From positions 992,001 to 1,056,000 of the forward strand of contig OZ001293.3 in NCBI GenBank assembly GCA_963921275.4: DNA of 64,000 bases, written 5' to 3'. The notes below the pieces were generated by a model. It had not been told where the DNA came from, searched no databases, and saw only the letters and a list, made by a program, of their open reading frames with translations. Within the stretch, counting starts at the first letter, position 1, and each line of letters starts with the position of its first letter. Position numbers and translations under genes: made by a program. Below, in pieces: positions 11,586 to 21,785 of this stretch. The stretch comes from an uncultured Hormoscilla sp. Its GTDB lineage: Bacteria > Cyanobacteriota > Cyanobacteriia > Cyanobacteriales > Desertifilaceae.

Positions 11586-12162
11586 GACCCTCAGCCCATC
11601 AGTCTCTTCCTTCAGTTTAACGCGAGTAGTCTGTTAAGGCAAGCTTCTATAGCGGTTCCTTAAGAGTGCCCGTCATGCCTTCGGGCGATCACCTTTTTGC
11701 TGTTCTGGTAGTTCTGCTCGTGAGGAAAATCCTGATCAGCATACCGCTCCGGTCAGGATTGGTTCTTTCGTGAAAAATCCTATTTAGCTTATCATATCCT
11801 GGACCCTAATGACAAGAGGCTAGTGCCAGCGATCGGCGAGCGGTTACCAGTACCAGTCCGATACCAGTGCTATGAGATCGGTTCGAGATGTCCAAGAGCA
11901 TCTTTTTTCTGTTCCGTCGGCCTGTTTTGCCGTGCTTGTGGTACTTTCTCTCTACATCTCCCGTTGATTTATGGCTAGCGATCGGGCCTGTCCGACTCTT
12001 TTTCTAACCGGTTTGCTGACCTGCTCTAGCTCTTCTTGCCCACGGGAATGAAAGGCGATCGGGTTGCGGATGCCTTTAGTTAAGAAACCAGTTTAATCCT
12101 ATAAAACCAGTTTTTCAGTTTAGAACTTTTTCTCAAGAAAATTAGATTTTTTTGAAAATGGC

Positions 12163-12191
12163 TTGAAACAAATATCATTCGATGCTATAAT
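12163..12191 (+). promoter_or_regulatory. Consensus-like sigma70 promoter with extended -10
   Basis: TTGAAA-N17-TATAAT, with TG just upstream of the -10 box. Confidence 0.5.
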
Positions 12192-12531
12192 TATGGAGGA
12201 TGTGGGAGGGAAATTTATAGATAATTGAATTTTTTAAAAGAATTACAGCGAAGGTAGCGTTCGCTGTTAACAGTAGCATTTCAATTTGGAATCATCAACA
12301 TGTTTTTTGGGGAAAAAACATAACTGTTGATCTTCTGAAATGGATTATTGGGAGAGTGTTCGCCGAGATATCTGTTCGGTCGATTTCCCAGTGTAGCCCT
12401 TCACTTCTAGTAAAACATCAGGCTTGAAATAACCGAGCCTTTGGTAGTTAACATCGTAACAAGACCCCTCTTCTATCTCTTTATTCAAGACTGGACAAAA
12501 CCAGTCAGTATCTTCTTTTTTCGGAGTGAGG

Positions 12532-12828
12532 TCTGTGTCCCCCCTTTTGTGCGGTTACGATGTCTCGGCGATGTGCGATTAATGTGCTCTGCGCAGTGCG
12601 AATAGCGCGCGCAGAGCACATTAGGCAGTGCGAATACGATGTCCCTCGGGTAGTGCGAATACGATGTCCTCCGGGTAGTGCGATTAGCGCTTCCGGAGGA
12701 CATCGAGCTCCCGAGGGACATTGAACGCGCAGAGCACATCGGGGGTAGTGCGACTATGATGTCCCGTGCGTCCGGGGGACATCAAGCGTCCCCTGGAGGG
12801 GGGACATCGAGCTCCCGGGGGACACAGA
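12532..12828. repeat. Multi-layer nest of hairpin micro-elements
   Basis: Outer inverted repeat TCTGTGTCCCCC/GGGGGACACAGA encloses several CGATGTCC...GGACATCG units with TAGTGCGA(A/T)TAGCGC loops. Confidence 0.85.
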
Positions 12829-12901
12829 AGTGGTAGCTTGCGTTCGGATGCACCCCAAATCATCCTCTGATTGTGCAACGCCTTACTTTTTACTCGATCG
12901 G

Positions 12902-13474
12902 CTATTGAGTCAACTCCACATTGATTTCATTCACCGGTCGCCGCCTCAACTCGACCGATTCCGATCGGGGTAACAAATCAAACACCTCCCGGAAGGCATC
13001 ATCCACCCGTTCAAAGGGGATATTGCCGCTAGCGTTAAAAACCACCTTACCCGTCTCATCCAGGATCAGAGTTTGAGGCACCAAGCCTTCATAATAATAT
13101 CCCGATTCCGTAGGTTCATAGGTAGATTTGGGCAAGATCGCATCCACATCGATCGGGATCAAATCTGCGGGCACTCCATAAAATGCCTGAAGTTGGGAAA
13201 CCACAGTAGAATATTGCTTGCAGTCGCGGCTGTCATCCACGTAAAACACCAGCAGAATGGGTCGATCGCGCTTCAGAGCTTGTGCCAATGTCACTTTCGG
13301 CGGTATCAATGAACCATTACCGCCATAGAGAGCAAAGATATTACCATCAAAGTTATCATCATTAATCCCCGCTAGCGCCGGTGGCATTTCCAGCAGCTGC
13401 ATCCAGCTGAGGGTAACACACAGCATCAACAGGCAGATCCCTGCCAGAGTACGCTCTAATCGACAATCAGTCAT
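12902..13474 (-). CDS. Thioredoxin-like thylakoid protein (photosystem I accumulation factor family)
   Basis: Signal-like N-terminus, then DDNFDGNIFALYGGNGSLIPP...FYVDDSRDCKQY. Start uncertain. Confidence 0.75.
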   Translation of the reverse strand: MTDCRLERTLAGICLLMLCVTLSWMQLLEMPPALAGINDDNFDGNIFALYGGNGSLIPPKVTLAQALKRDRPILLVFYVDDSRDCKQYSTVVSQLQAFYGVPADLIPIDVDAILPKSTYEPTESGYYYEGLVPQTLILDETGKVVFNASGNIPFERVDDAFREVFDLLPRSESVELRRRPVNEINVELTQ

Positions 13475-13604
13475 AATAGTTGAGATTTGAAACCGTAATA
13501 GTGAGCAGTGACCAGGCCGAGTGACCAGTACCGTGACGCTGACAACTGATAACTGACTACTGACCACTTACAATTTACAACTGACCGCTTACAACTGACA
13601 ACCC

Positions 13605-14003
13605 ATGAATCAAAATGAGATTATCACTCTTGGGGCCACTCGGCACCCGCTCGATCGAAAACTCTTAAAAACCTCCAACTCCAATCAGATTGAGCGAATT
13701 TGGTATCAGGGGGAAGAGCCTTATTTTGACGTGTTTTTTGATTTCCTCGAAGATGAAGTCATCTGGTTTCAGTTTACCTTGCTAGGTCAATGTATTACCT
13801 GGCATAAAAAACCACCCCGACTAGAAACAGGTTTAACTTTTGAAAATCAAACAGCCGCATCTAAACATCCTGCTAGTAAAATAATCCACTCCGAAAACAA
13901 ACTCGACGGCAATTTCCTTGACATCGTCCAGGCAATTATGCAAATTAGAGCCAGTGAATTTCCCTTCGACCGAGCCATCGCTATCCTCAAAAATTATCGC
14001 TAA
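13605..14003 (+). CDS. Conserved hypothetical protein
   Basis: 132-aa ORF with a RIWYQGEEPYFDVF motif. Confidence 0.7.
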   Translation: MNQNEIITLGATRHPLDRKLLKTSNSNQIERIWYQGEEPYFDVFFDFLEDEVIWFQFTLLGQCITWHKKPPRLETGLTFENQTAASKHPASKIIHSENKLDGNFLDIVQAIMQIRASEFPFDRAIAILKNYR

Positions 14004-14071
14004 TATTGTCAGTTGTCAGTTGTCAGTAGCGTAGCGTGTAGGGCGGGCGGATCGCCTGCCCGTCAGTTCTT

Positions 14072-14144
14072 CATTTTCAATTCTCCATTTTCAATTCTCC
14101 ATTCTCCATTCTCCATTCTCCATTCTCCATTCTCTATTCTCCAT
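14072..14144. repeat. Heptamer tandem repeat (ATTCTCC)n, STRR-like
   Basis: Directly visible. Related heptamer runs at 13540-13600 and 19680-19722. Confidence 0.9.
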
Positions 14145-14246
14145 AAGCTGCCGCGCATTTAAATTGCATAAAAAGAAAAGCTAAGATAATTGTTATCAAT
14201 TGCTTTGGCAATTTTTAATTTTGAAGAAATAATTTTGAATTGCTTA

Positions 14247-15971
14247 TCATTTTTGCCGCTCGCCATTTTTGTCAAGCTGATTTTCCGACCAGGAATTACC
14301 TATTCCTTGCAGGATACCGCGACCAATTAAACCAATACCTCTACCAATTACTTGGGTAAGAATATAGACAATGCTGCTACCGACGAAAGCAATAACCGAT
14401 CGCAAACGAGGCTCGATCGCATCCCTTATTTCTAGGGCCAAAGTAACCGCCTGCTGCCAGCCAGTCAGTTTTTCTAACTCTGGGCGTCTGGGAGCATAGA
14501 TCGATATTTTTTTAATGCCCCGACTATCAAAACCAAACAGAATATACTGGCTTTCAAAGATCGCCTTGGGTTCTGCCAACAATTGCTCGTAGCGATATTT
14601 CCAAGACAAATTATTTCTAAATCTTTCTATAGCGCGAGTTGAAATTAATTCCCGGTCATAAAACAATGATTTAATTGCCATCACATCTGCAAAATTATTC
14701 AACAGGGGTTGCACGACCCCATTAGCCACCTGAATGATTAAATTTTCCATCACCGCTTCGGCGCGGGCGATCGCTTCAGGGGTTCCCGCCGAGTAGGGAG
14801 CATTATAAATCATTAAAGGCTGCTCGTACAACAAATGAGAAAATAGCTCCATCACCAGAGGAATTTTGTTAAGAATTGTTGCCCTCACAACTGGGGCATC
14901 TTCCAGCATAACCGCCAGCAGATCCAATGAGCGATCGCCCACTTGCACCCGATAATACTTCCCAAAAAAATCTCTAATTGACTCCGACCACAAATCCTGC
15001 AAAATTTCCAACTTCTGCTCTTTTAATTGACTTAGTTCTACCTGACCAAAATGTAATTCATTCAAGATTTTTTCTAATTGCCGCAATATAGTATATAGCA
15101 GTTCCCGTTTCTTTTCCTCGCGAAAAATATCAATTTCTAGGGGCAGACCCGTCAAGTTTTGCAAGTCCCAACCCAGTTTAGCAGTCATCGAGGGAAATAA
15201 AGAAGCTTGTCGGGAGCTAAAACTCCAGCGTTCCAGTGAAGCATTAGGAATTTCCGACCCCTTTTGCGGGACCATACCAGTATTGGGGAGTGGGCTTATC
15301 GGAACTGGCAGCTTATTCTGGACCTGTGGGGCGAACAGCTGATTGAGTAACCAACTAGCAGTTTGCAGTTCTCGCAAGCGTCCCACCAAAATTGCCCGAC
15401 TCAGAGGAGAAAGGGCTGGGTTTTGCAGTTGACCGATCGCCTTCGCCCTGGCGGCCGCAATTTGTCGCAACCCCGACGAGCGCCAGCTATTACCCACACG
15501 GGCCACAAAACCTAGAGGTCTCGATCCAGAGGATCTCGCCAGTTCCCAGTAATTCTCACCAGCTGCCACAAGGCGTATCACCCTCACCAACTCGGGGACC
15601 GCAATACCTTTAGGACAATAACCATTCACCCCCAAAACCTGAGCTTGACGCAGCACTGTTGCATCCTGTATAGCAGTCAGCAGTAAAACAGGCAAGTCAT
15701 AATATCGGGTTTTCAACAGCTGACAGATTTGTAGGGGATCCCCATTGGACATATCCAACACTAGATCGAGAATTACCAAGTCCACTCGGACAGTTTCGGA
15801 ACGGGCGGCCAGAACCTGCTCCGCCCCTGCCCTACTGTCAGCTTCTGCCACCACCTCCAGGTCCGCAAACTGCTGGCATATCGTCCGTAGACCCAGCCGG
15901 AAAATATAATCCCGATCGATTAACAACAGCTGCCATGAATACTCATCATTTATTCGTGCTATCTTTATCAC
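14247..15971 (-). CDS. Ycf55-like response regulator (REC plus DUF3685)
   Basis: N-terminal REC (LLLIDRDYIFRLGL...GYCPKG) and C-terminal STR.IERFRN.LSW...PKAIFES...IGRGIGLIGRGILQG. Start uncertain. Confidence 0.85.
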   Translation of the reverse strand: MIKIARINDEYSWQLLLIDRDYIFRLGLRTICQQFADLEVVAEADSRAGAEQVLAARSETVRVDLVILDLVLDMSNGDPLQICQLLKTRYYDLPVLLLTAIQDATVLRQAQVLGVNGYCPKGIAVPELVRVIRLVAAGENYWELARSSGSRPLGFVARVGNSWRSSGLRQIAAARAKAIGQLQNPALSPLSRAILVGRLRELQTASWLLNQLFAPQVQNKLPVPISPLPNTGMVPQKGSEIPNASLERWSFSSRQASLFPSMTAKLGWDLQNLTGLPLEIDIFREEKKRELLYTILRQLEKILNELHFGQVELSQLKEQKLEILQDLWSESIRDFFGKYYRVQVGDRSLDLLAVMLEDAPVVRATILNKIPLVMELFSHLLYEQPLMIYNAPYSAGTPEAIARAEAVMENLIIQVANGVVQPLLNNFADVMAIKSLFYDRELISTRAIERFRNNLSWKYRYEQLLAEPKAIFESQYILFGFDSRGIKKISIYAPRRPELEKLTGWQQAVTLALEIRDAIEPRLRSVIAFVGSSIVYILTQVIGRGIGLIGRGILQGIGNSWSENQLDKNGERQK

Positions 15972-16040
15972 AAAGTCGCGCAGCGTTCGAGGAACGAAGC
16001 AATCTCAACTTTTAGCAACTACAACATTGGCGTCAGAGAT

Positions 16041-18429
16041 ATTAAACTAAGCCAGAGGGTCACCCCTCCGACTCGTCTCCAAAACCGGACTTGATACTTT
16101 CGCATCATCCGGCTCCTCAGTAACGCCACCCTTGTCATGGGTACGGCTGTGACTACCATCGCTGGCAGTCTTTATATCGTGGCAATGTTTGTGTAGTAAC
16201 TGTAGGTTGTCGTACTAGTTTTTACCCCCTAATGAGAGGGGCTTGATATGGTCAACTTCCCACTTGTCACCATCCATAAACGTTAATCCGCATTGTTGGC
16301 ACTTTCCTTTTTGTCTCTTGAGTAGCGTTGCTACCCTCTTATTTAGCTCGGGGCTTTTGCCTAATCTCGTACTCCAATATGTAAGGTTCCCGTCATATGG
16401 GCTTGCTGTACCTTTCACTTTTATGTGCCTGATTATCTCAGTTTCGGAGTGTCTGTACAGCGTTATTTCTTCCTCTCCTATTTGGCACCGGAATCGCCAT
16501 TTACCGTCCTCACTCAGGGACCAGTACTTACGAGCTATCCAATGACTGGATTTATTGGGATGTCTCCTTTTTGCCCACTGCCAGAGAATGGTCCATAGGT
16601 AGTGGTCCATGTAGCTGTATGTTTCTTTACTTACCACTGTCCTATAATAGTTTGACCATCCCCGTATTATCGGGTTTAGCTTACTTATTAAGGCTGCTTG
16701 TGGTGCTGCTTTATGGCTGGCCACCATTTCTGATAGCCGTTCTTTATGCTTCCCTATGGACTTATTACTGGGTTTGATTAGGGTTTTGAATCCTAGGGGT
16801 GTTCCGTTGGTTGACTTGCCGGTTCTGTATTTACCTATCTCATATTGCCTTACTTTGAAACCCAGGAAGTCAAACCCCGGGCTTTCTCCTTTTAGCGTAT
16901 GAGCTATTTTTGTCTTCTCGGCTTTCAATTCTAGCCCTATTCCCTTTAGCCATTCTGCCACCACTATCTGCGCTCTGTCTATCATTCCCCTATCTTCATG
17001 CATTACCACAAAGTCATCAGCATACCTGACTACTGTCAGCTTTTGCTTTTCTTTTTGTGTCCTGGCGAGTTCCTTTACTGCCTCCTCTAGTCCATGTAGG
17101 GCTATGTTGGCTAGTAGTGGTGATATGACTCCCCCTTGGGGTGTTCCCGCTTCGGTTGCATGCCATTCTCCTTTGTCTATCACCCCGGCTTTTAACCATG
17201 CCCGTATCTGCTTACGGATTGGTGACGTTGTATTTAATTTTTTTATTAGCGCTTTGTGGTCAATCTTATCGAAACATTTTGCAATATCGGCATCCAATAC
17301 CCACTTGGGTTTATATCTGATGCTGTTAAATATTGCCTTGATTGCATCGTGGCATCCCCGACCCGGTCTGAATCCATAGGAGTTCCCTTCCATGTACGCT
17401 TCCCATTCGGGTTCGAGCGCAATCTTGAAAAGTCCCTGTGTCGCACGGTCGTACATCGTTGGTATTCCTAAAGGACGCTTCTCCTCTCTCCCCGGCTTTG
17501 GTATCCATACACGACGTGTAGGTTTGGCCTTGTTTGAGATTTCAATCCGTCCTACCAGTTCTGAGCGTTGCTTTGGGGTCAGTGCTTTTACACCGTCCAC
17601 TCCCGCCGTCTTCTTTCCCTGGTTGTCTTGAGTTACCTGTCGTACCGCTAGACTTTTGGCAGCCCGGGATTTTACCAGTAACCTTTGGAGTCTGCGAACT
17701 GGTCGCTTATTACGCCTTCCATTGCCGCTCTGTAAATTCGCTTTTGCAACTTAAAGACTACCCGCTCCAGCCGAGGCCAGGGGGTATCCTTCCATTCATT
17801 CATCGATTCGGAAATCGTGCTCATGACCTGTGTATTGCTACTTACAACTTTACAATTAACGTTACCGTGAGGGCGTCTGCATATCCTATCCATTACAGAC
17901 AGGCGTTGGCTTCTCCTCAAAATCTTTCCCAGATACAACCTGCCTTCCGAAGAGCAGATGTTGCGCCTGTGGTGGCTACTCAACCTATCGACCGGTGGTT
18001 GAGAGTATGTACCTGGTTTACTTCGTTCCTCTAGATGATTGGTCGTAGTTTTAGGTGGACTCTATATGCCGGGTTTGTTGTCAGTGCTTATTGGTCGAAT
18101 TACAACCGCCAATGACCTGTATCCTTTCCCTTTTGGGCCAGCGTATCAGCCTTTTCGCTGGTTTGGTATAACGACACTTATGAGCCTTTGCTTTTGCTCA
18201 CCATGACTACTTGCTTGACGGTAACCGGTTTAAGCTGCCAGTTATTGCGCCTTCTCTCCCGCTTTACGGATTGATGCCATCGCTACCGTCGGAAGAGTGC
18301 TGTCACTCCTGCACCTGGAGGGGTGGGCTTTCACCACCATCATCTAAAAGTTGTCAGGGCTAATGGAACCCTGCTAGTGGTCCCCTTTCTTGACCTGTGT
18401 CAAGTCAGTTTACAATAAACAAATCGCAC
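16041..18429 (-). mobile_element. Full-length RT-encoding group II intron (~2.39 kb)
   Basis: 5' GTGCG at 18429. DV GAGCCGGATGATGCGAAAGTATCAAGTCCGGTT and 3' end ...TTAGTTTAAT at 16041. EBS1 TGTAAT pairs 6/6 with the 5' exon ATTACA. Confidence 0.92.
16130..17825 (-). pseudogene. ltrA: Group II intron reverse transcriptase/maturase with HNH endonuclease, frameshift near 17710 and TAG at 16215
   Basis: GTPQGGVISPLLANI, YADD, X domain, CQQC...VDHI.P...*YDNLQLLHKHCH. Confidence 0.9.
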
Positions 18430-18877
18430 TGTAATTATACCATCATATGCGTCAAAGGCGATCGCCTGCAATGCTCTCAACATATTATTGAGAGCGCGTT
18501 TTTCGTGCGGCATTGCACATTTTGGGGATGATGCCCTTTTTTGCACCAGCAAAACGCTACTGAAAATGGCTTGTAGTCTAAGTTTGAGAGTTCTGCAACT
18601 ATCTCCATCATCCCGTCGGAAGTGCAACGCCTTTCGTGCTATGTACTTTTTACCTCTTTTTCCTCTCCTGACAATGGGACCGCCGATGTGACGCTCGCAC
18701 ATCATCTCCGGAGTGGCACCAAGATTATGCGTTGTTTGAAAGCCTTGGTGCAAGCATAATTTGCCCGATGTCTCCAAGACTTTTTTTATTCTATACTCGC
18801 AAAGGGATTGCGCTGCGCGCACACGGCTGCGCCTACGCGAACGACTTGCGCTTTTTGCGGCTATTGAATGTGTCATT

Positions 18878-19018
18878 GCTTCGATATCTCTGGGGTCGAG
18901 ATATCTCCTGGGAGCTTTCGGTGTCCCCGCGGAGCGCGGTTGAGCACTGAAGAGGGGACACCGAACTCGCACAAAAGAGGAGATACCTCGCGCTACTCGC
19001 ACTACCCCAGAGATATCG
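18878..19018. repeat. Three-layer nested hairpin micro-element
   Basis: Concentric inverted repeats CGATATCTCTGGGG/CCCCAGAGATATCG, TATCTCC/GGAGATA, TTCGGTGTCCCC/GGGGACACCGAA. Confidence 0.85.
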
Positions 19019-19497
19019 AGGGGGGACCCAAAGGGAGATTACCTTGCACTCCAGGCCCGAGTCCCCCGGCCTTCGCAGCAGCTCCATCGTGCGTAAGCAG
19101 GAGCGACCTTCATCTCAACGCCATCATGATGACTGGAGATTGCTTCGCTAGGGCAGCGCTACGGGGGGAGTTACTCAAAAAGCACAAGGCTCTCTCAATT
19201 ATCCCCCCCAAGTATCACTTGACATGCGTGATCTGATATATGATCACGCTATGTCAAGTGATACTTGCCTCGCAATGACATTATTGATCCCTTAAGCGCA
19301 GTTCCTGACCGTTCGAAGTATAACAAACCCATCTTGGCTTTTGTCAACCTAGTTTAACAATACTTAATATTTTTGCAATAAGCGTCCATGCTCTAGCGAA
19401 TCGTTAATGGCTAATGGCTAATTGTTGGCGTTGCGCAACGACGGGATGATAAGTGACCGCGTACCATACCTTGGGGTGACCGCGTACCATTCGATTC

Positions 19498-19659
19498 CGA
19501 TGTCTCTGCCAGAGATCTTGTCCAAGGGGACATGGCTGCGCTCCCGCAAGGGATACGGCACACAGGAGACATCGTCTCTGGGTCGAGGTATCTCTTGGGA
19601 GCGCCTTAAGCACTACCCAGGAGATACCTCGCGCCTTAAGCACTACCCCAGAGACATCG
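19498..19659. repeat. Adjacent hairpin micro-elements: one long-loop variant and one two-layer nest
   Basis: CGATGTCTC...GAGACATCG termini. The inner GAGGTATCTC...GAGATACCTC unit has the same loop as the outer unit. Confidence 0.85.
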
Positions 19660-19760
19660 TCTACTGACCGGTACCATGACCTGACCAGTGACAACTAACA
19701 ACTGACAACTAACAACTAACAACATCGAGAGCAACCATCATCCCCGAGTTGGTGCAACGC

Positions 19761-21668
19761 CTAATAGTTTAGTTCAGGTTCTGGGATCTGCGATCGGACG
19801 GGTTGTCTGCTATAAGCTGGTGTCCGAACTGGAGCCTGATAGGATGTCCCCGGAGGTGTAGCTTGTGCCGATCGAGGTGCAAGCCGATAGGCTGGAGCCG
19901 GTTCATAGGCTGGATCTGGTTCATCGGATGATGCCAGTTCATCGGATGTTGTCGGAAGTTGAGGTTCAGGAGGGGGAGCATAAAGAACCGCCAGTTCCGA
20001 TCTCCAGCTGGCGATCGCATCTTGAGCCTCATAATATATAGGTCTACCCCAATCAATAGAAGAAGCCGTTTGGATAGCAGCAGTATAACGCCCAATAGAT
20101 GCCAGATAGTATCCATCCTCGAGAGTCTCGCGGTCCTCTGCAATTTGAATTTCCTTGTCCCAACCCTCGATCGCCTCTTGGGCCTCCGAATACAATACCC
20201 GACCGGGAGCTATTTTTTTTGCCACCTCAATTGCTTCCTGGAGGTTACCTTGGTCTGCCAAAGAACTCGCCCGTGCTATGATCGCTTTATCCTCCATAAC
20301 CTCTATGCGCTTGTTCCACTCAGCGATCAAAGTTTGAGCCTCTCTCCGCTGCGGGCGTCCCAGTTTCACCAAAGATGCTTCCGTCACCGCCGCCCTAAAG
20401 CCCTCAATTGTTTCCGTCTGGGCCAACTGGCGGGCGCGCATAATTAATGGTCGGTCTTCAATCCGTTGAATTTCCTTACGCCAGTGAGCTATTTGGGTCT
20501 GAGCTTGAATGCGTCTGGGCCTGTCTTTTTCTACCATCTGAGCCACTTCACTCGCCATCGAAAATGTCACCGGTTGTCCCACATTGGCGATCACATTAGC
20601 GAATTTGATTTGCAGCCGATCTTGGATATGCTGCTCCCAGCTTTCCATTTTCCCTTGTGCTTGAGAGTATAGCGGACTATCTGGACCAATCTTGCCCGCT
20701 ATTGTCTTCGCCTCCAACCACGAGCTTATATTTTCTTTTGCTGCCAACCCTTGGGCGCGACTCAGCAGAATCATATCTTGGGCTTCCCTGTATAAAGCCG
20801 TATCTTGAGGCACTCGTCCTGCGATCGCGATCGCCTCTGCCCAACTCCCCTGGGGCAACTTTTTTCTTGCCATATCGATCAAGCTGCGACTCCATCGAGC
20901 CATTTCTGCCTGGGCTTCTGGTCTTGCGTAGCTTTTTATCCCAATTCCCCTCGCCAAATTTATTGCTGCTTCTATTTCTTCTGGCCTGCCTATCTTTGCC
21001 TTTCTCCTCGCCTCTGCCAAATCTTTCCACGCCTGCTTTTCTGATGCGATCATCTGGCGCAGTTCCCCAAATCTTTTTCTTTTCCAGTAGGGGTTATCCA
21101 GATTTGAGAACAATTGCAATTTATTTAATGCTGACTGCCATTTTTTCCCTTCTATTTCCTTGAGTATCGCTTTTTCAATTTTCTCTCCTCGATCCCATAT
21201 CACTTGCCAGTCAGAAATATATGCTTTAGCTTCCTCATAAACTGGGCTTGTTGCCGAAATTTTGCTCAGCGTCGCCACAGCTGACGACATATTCCCCATA
21301 TGCATTTGCTGACGAGCCTGCACCAGAATTGCTTGGGACCATTGACCCATCAACCGTTGCGCTTCCGCGTATAGGGGGTGAGAGGAAGACCAACTTTCCA
21401 CCAACTCTAATGCCCCCCATAACTGGTCTAAGGACCCTGTACTCGCCGCCTTATGGGCACAATACAGCCGCTCGCCATCCGCCGATATAGTCGAAATTTC
21501 CTTGCAGTTTGGGGGTGGCGGTACCGTCGCCAAGAACCTCACTGCATATACACCCGCGCCACCACAAACCATTAGCACAGTCATACATAATAGTGACCAC
21601 TCCCAACTGCTTTTTCGATCGCGATAGTGAGCTAATTTCTTGTTATTTGAACTTTGGTCTTGATTCAT
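19761..21668 (-). CDS. Membrane-anchored alpha-helical repeat protein (cyanobacterial hypothetical)
   Basis: 635 aa, N-terminal TM, PPPPNC...RLYCA motif, repeated AI..A..I...Y.EAQ..I..W units, Pro-rich tail. Confidence 0.75.
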   Translation of the reverse strand: MNQDQSSNNKKLAHYRDRKSSWEWSLLCMTVLMVCGGAGVYAVRFLATVPPPPNCKEISTISADGERLYCAHKAASTGSLDQLWGALELVESWSSSHPLYAEAQRLMGQWSQAILVQARQQMHMGNMSSAVATLSKISATSPVYEEAKAYISDWQVIWDRGEKIEKAILKEIEGKKWQSALNKLQLFSNLDNPYWKRKRFGELRQMIASEKQAWKDLAEARRKAKIGRPEEIEAAINLARGIGIKSYARPEAQAEMARWSRSLIDMARKKLPQGSWAEAIAIAGRVPQDTALYREAQDMILLSRAQGLAAKENISSWLEAKTIAGKIGPDSPLYSQAQGKMESWEQHIQDRLQIKFANVIANVGQPVTFSMASEVAQMVEKDRPRRIQAQTQIAHWRKEIQRIEDRPLIMRARQLAQTETIEGFRAAVTEASLVKLGRPQRREAQTLIAEWNKRIEVMEDKAIIARASSLADQGNLQEAIEVAKKIAPGRVLYSEAQEAIEGWDKEIQIAEDRETLEDGYYLASIGRYTAAIQTASSIDWGRPIYYEAQDAIASWRSELAVLYAPPPEPQLPTTSDELASSDEPDPAYEPAPAYRLAPRSAQATPPGTSYQAPVRTPAYSRQPVRSQIPEPELNY

Positions 21669-21696
21669 TTTCTGCCCTTTTCTATCTCATCTCTTT

Positions 21697-21785
21697 CGAT
21701 GTCTCCGGAGAGCTTTCGGTGTCCCCCGAGAGCGCTATTCGCACTACCCGATGGACACTGAACTCGCACTACTCCGGAGACACCG
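21697..21785. repeat. Two-layer nested hairpin micro-element
   Basis: TGTCTCCGGAG/CTCCGGAGACA outer stem around a GTGTCC...GGACAC inner unit. Confidence 0.8.

Noticed and set aside
16215..17600. RT as a retron, DGR or defence RT
   Set aside because: It lies inside a canonical group II ribozyme (GTGCG start, DV/DVI) and has X and HNH domains. No TR/VR pair or msr-msd was seen.
18400..19236. ORFs 18400-19002, 18833-19087, 18868-19236 and similar ORFs over repeat nests (12485-12878, 19404-19694, 48093-48397)
   Set aside because: They are open frames through GC-rich palindromic repeats, with no recognisable protein motifs.
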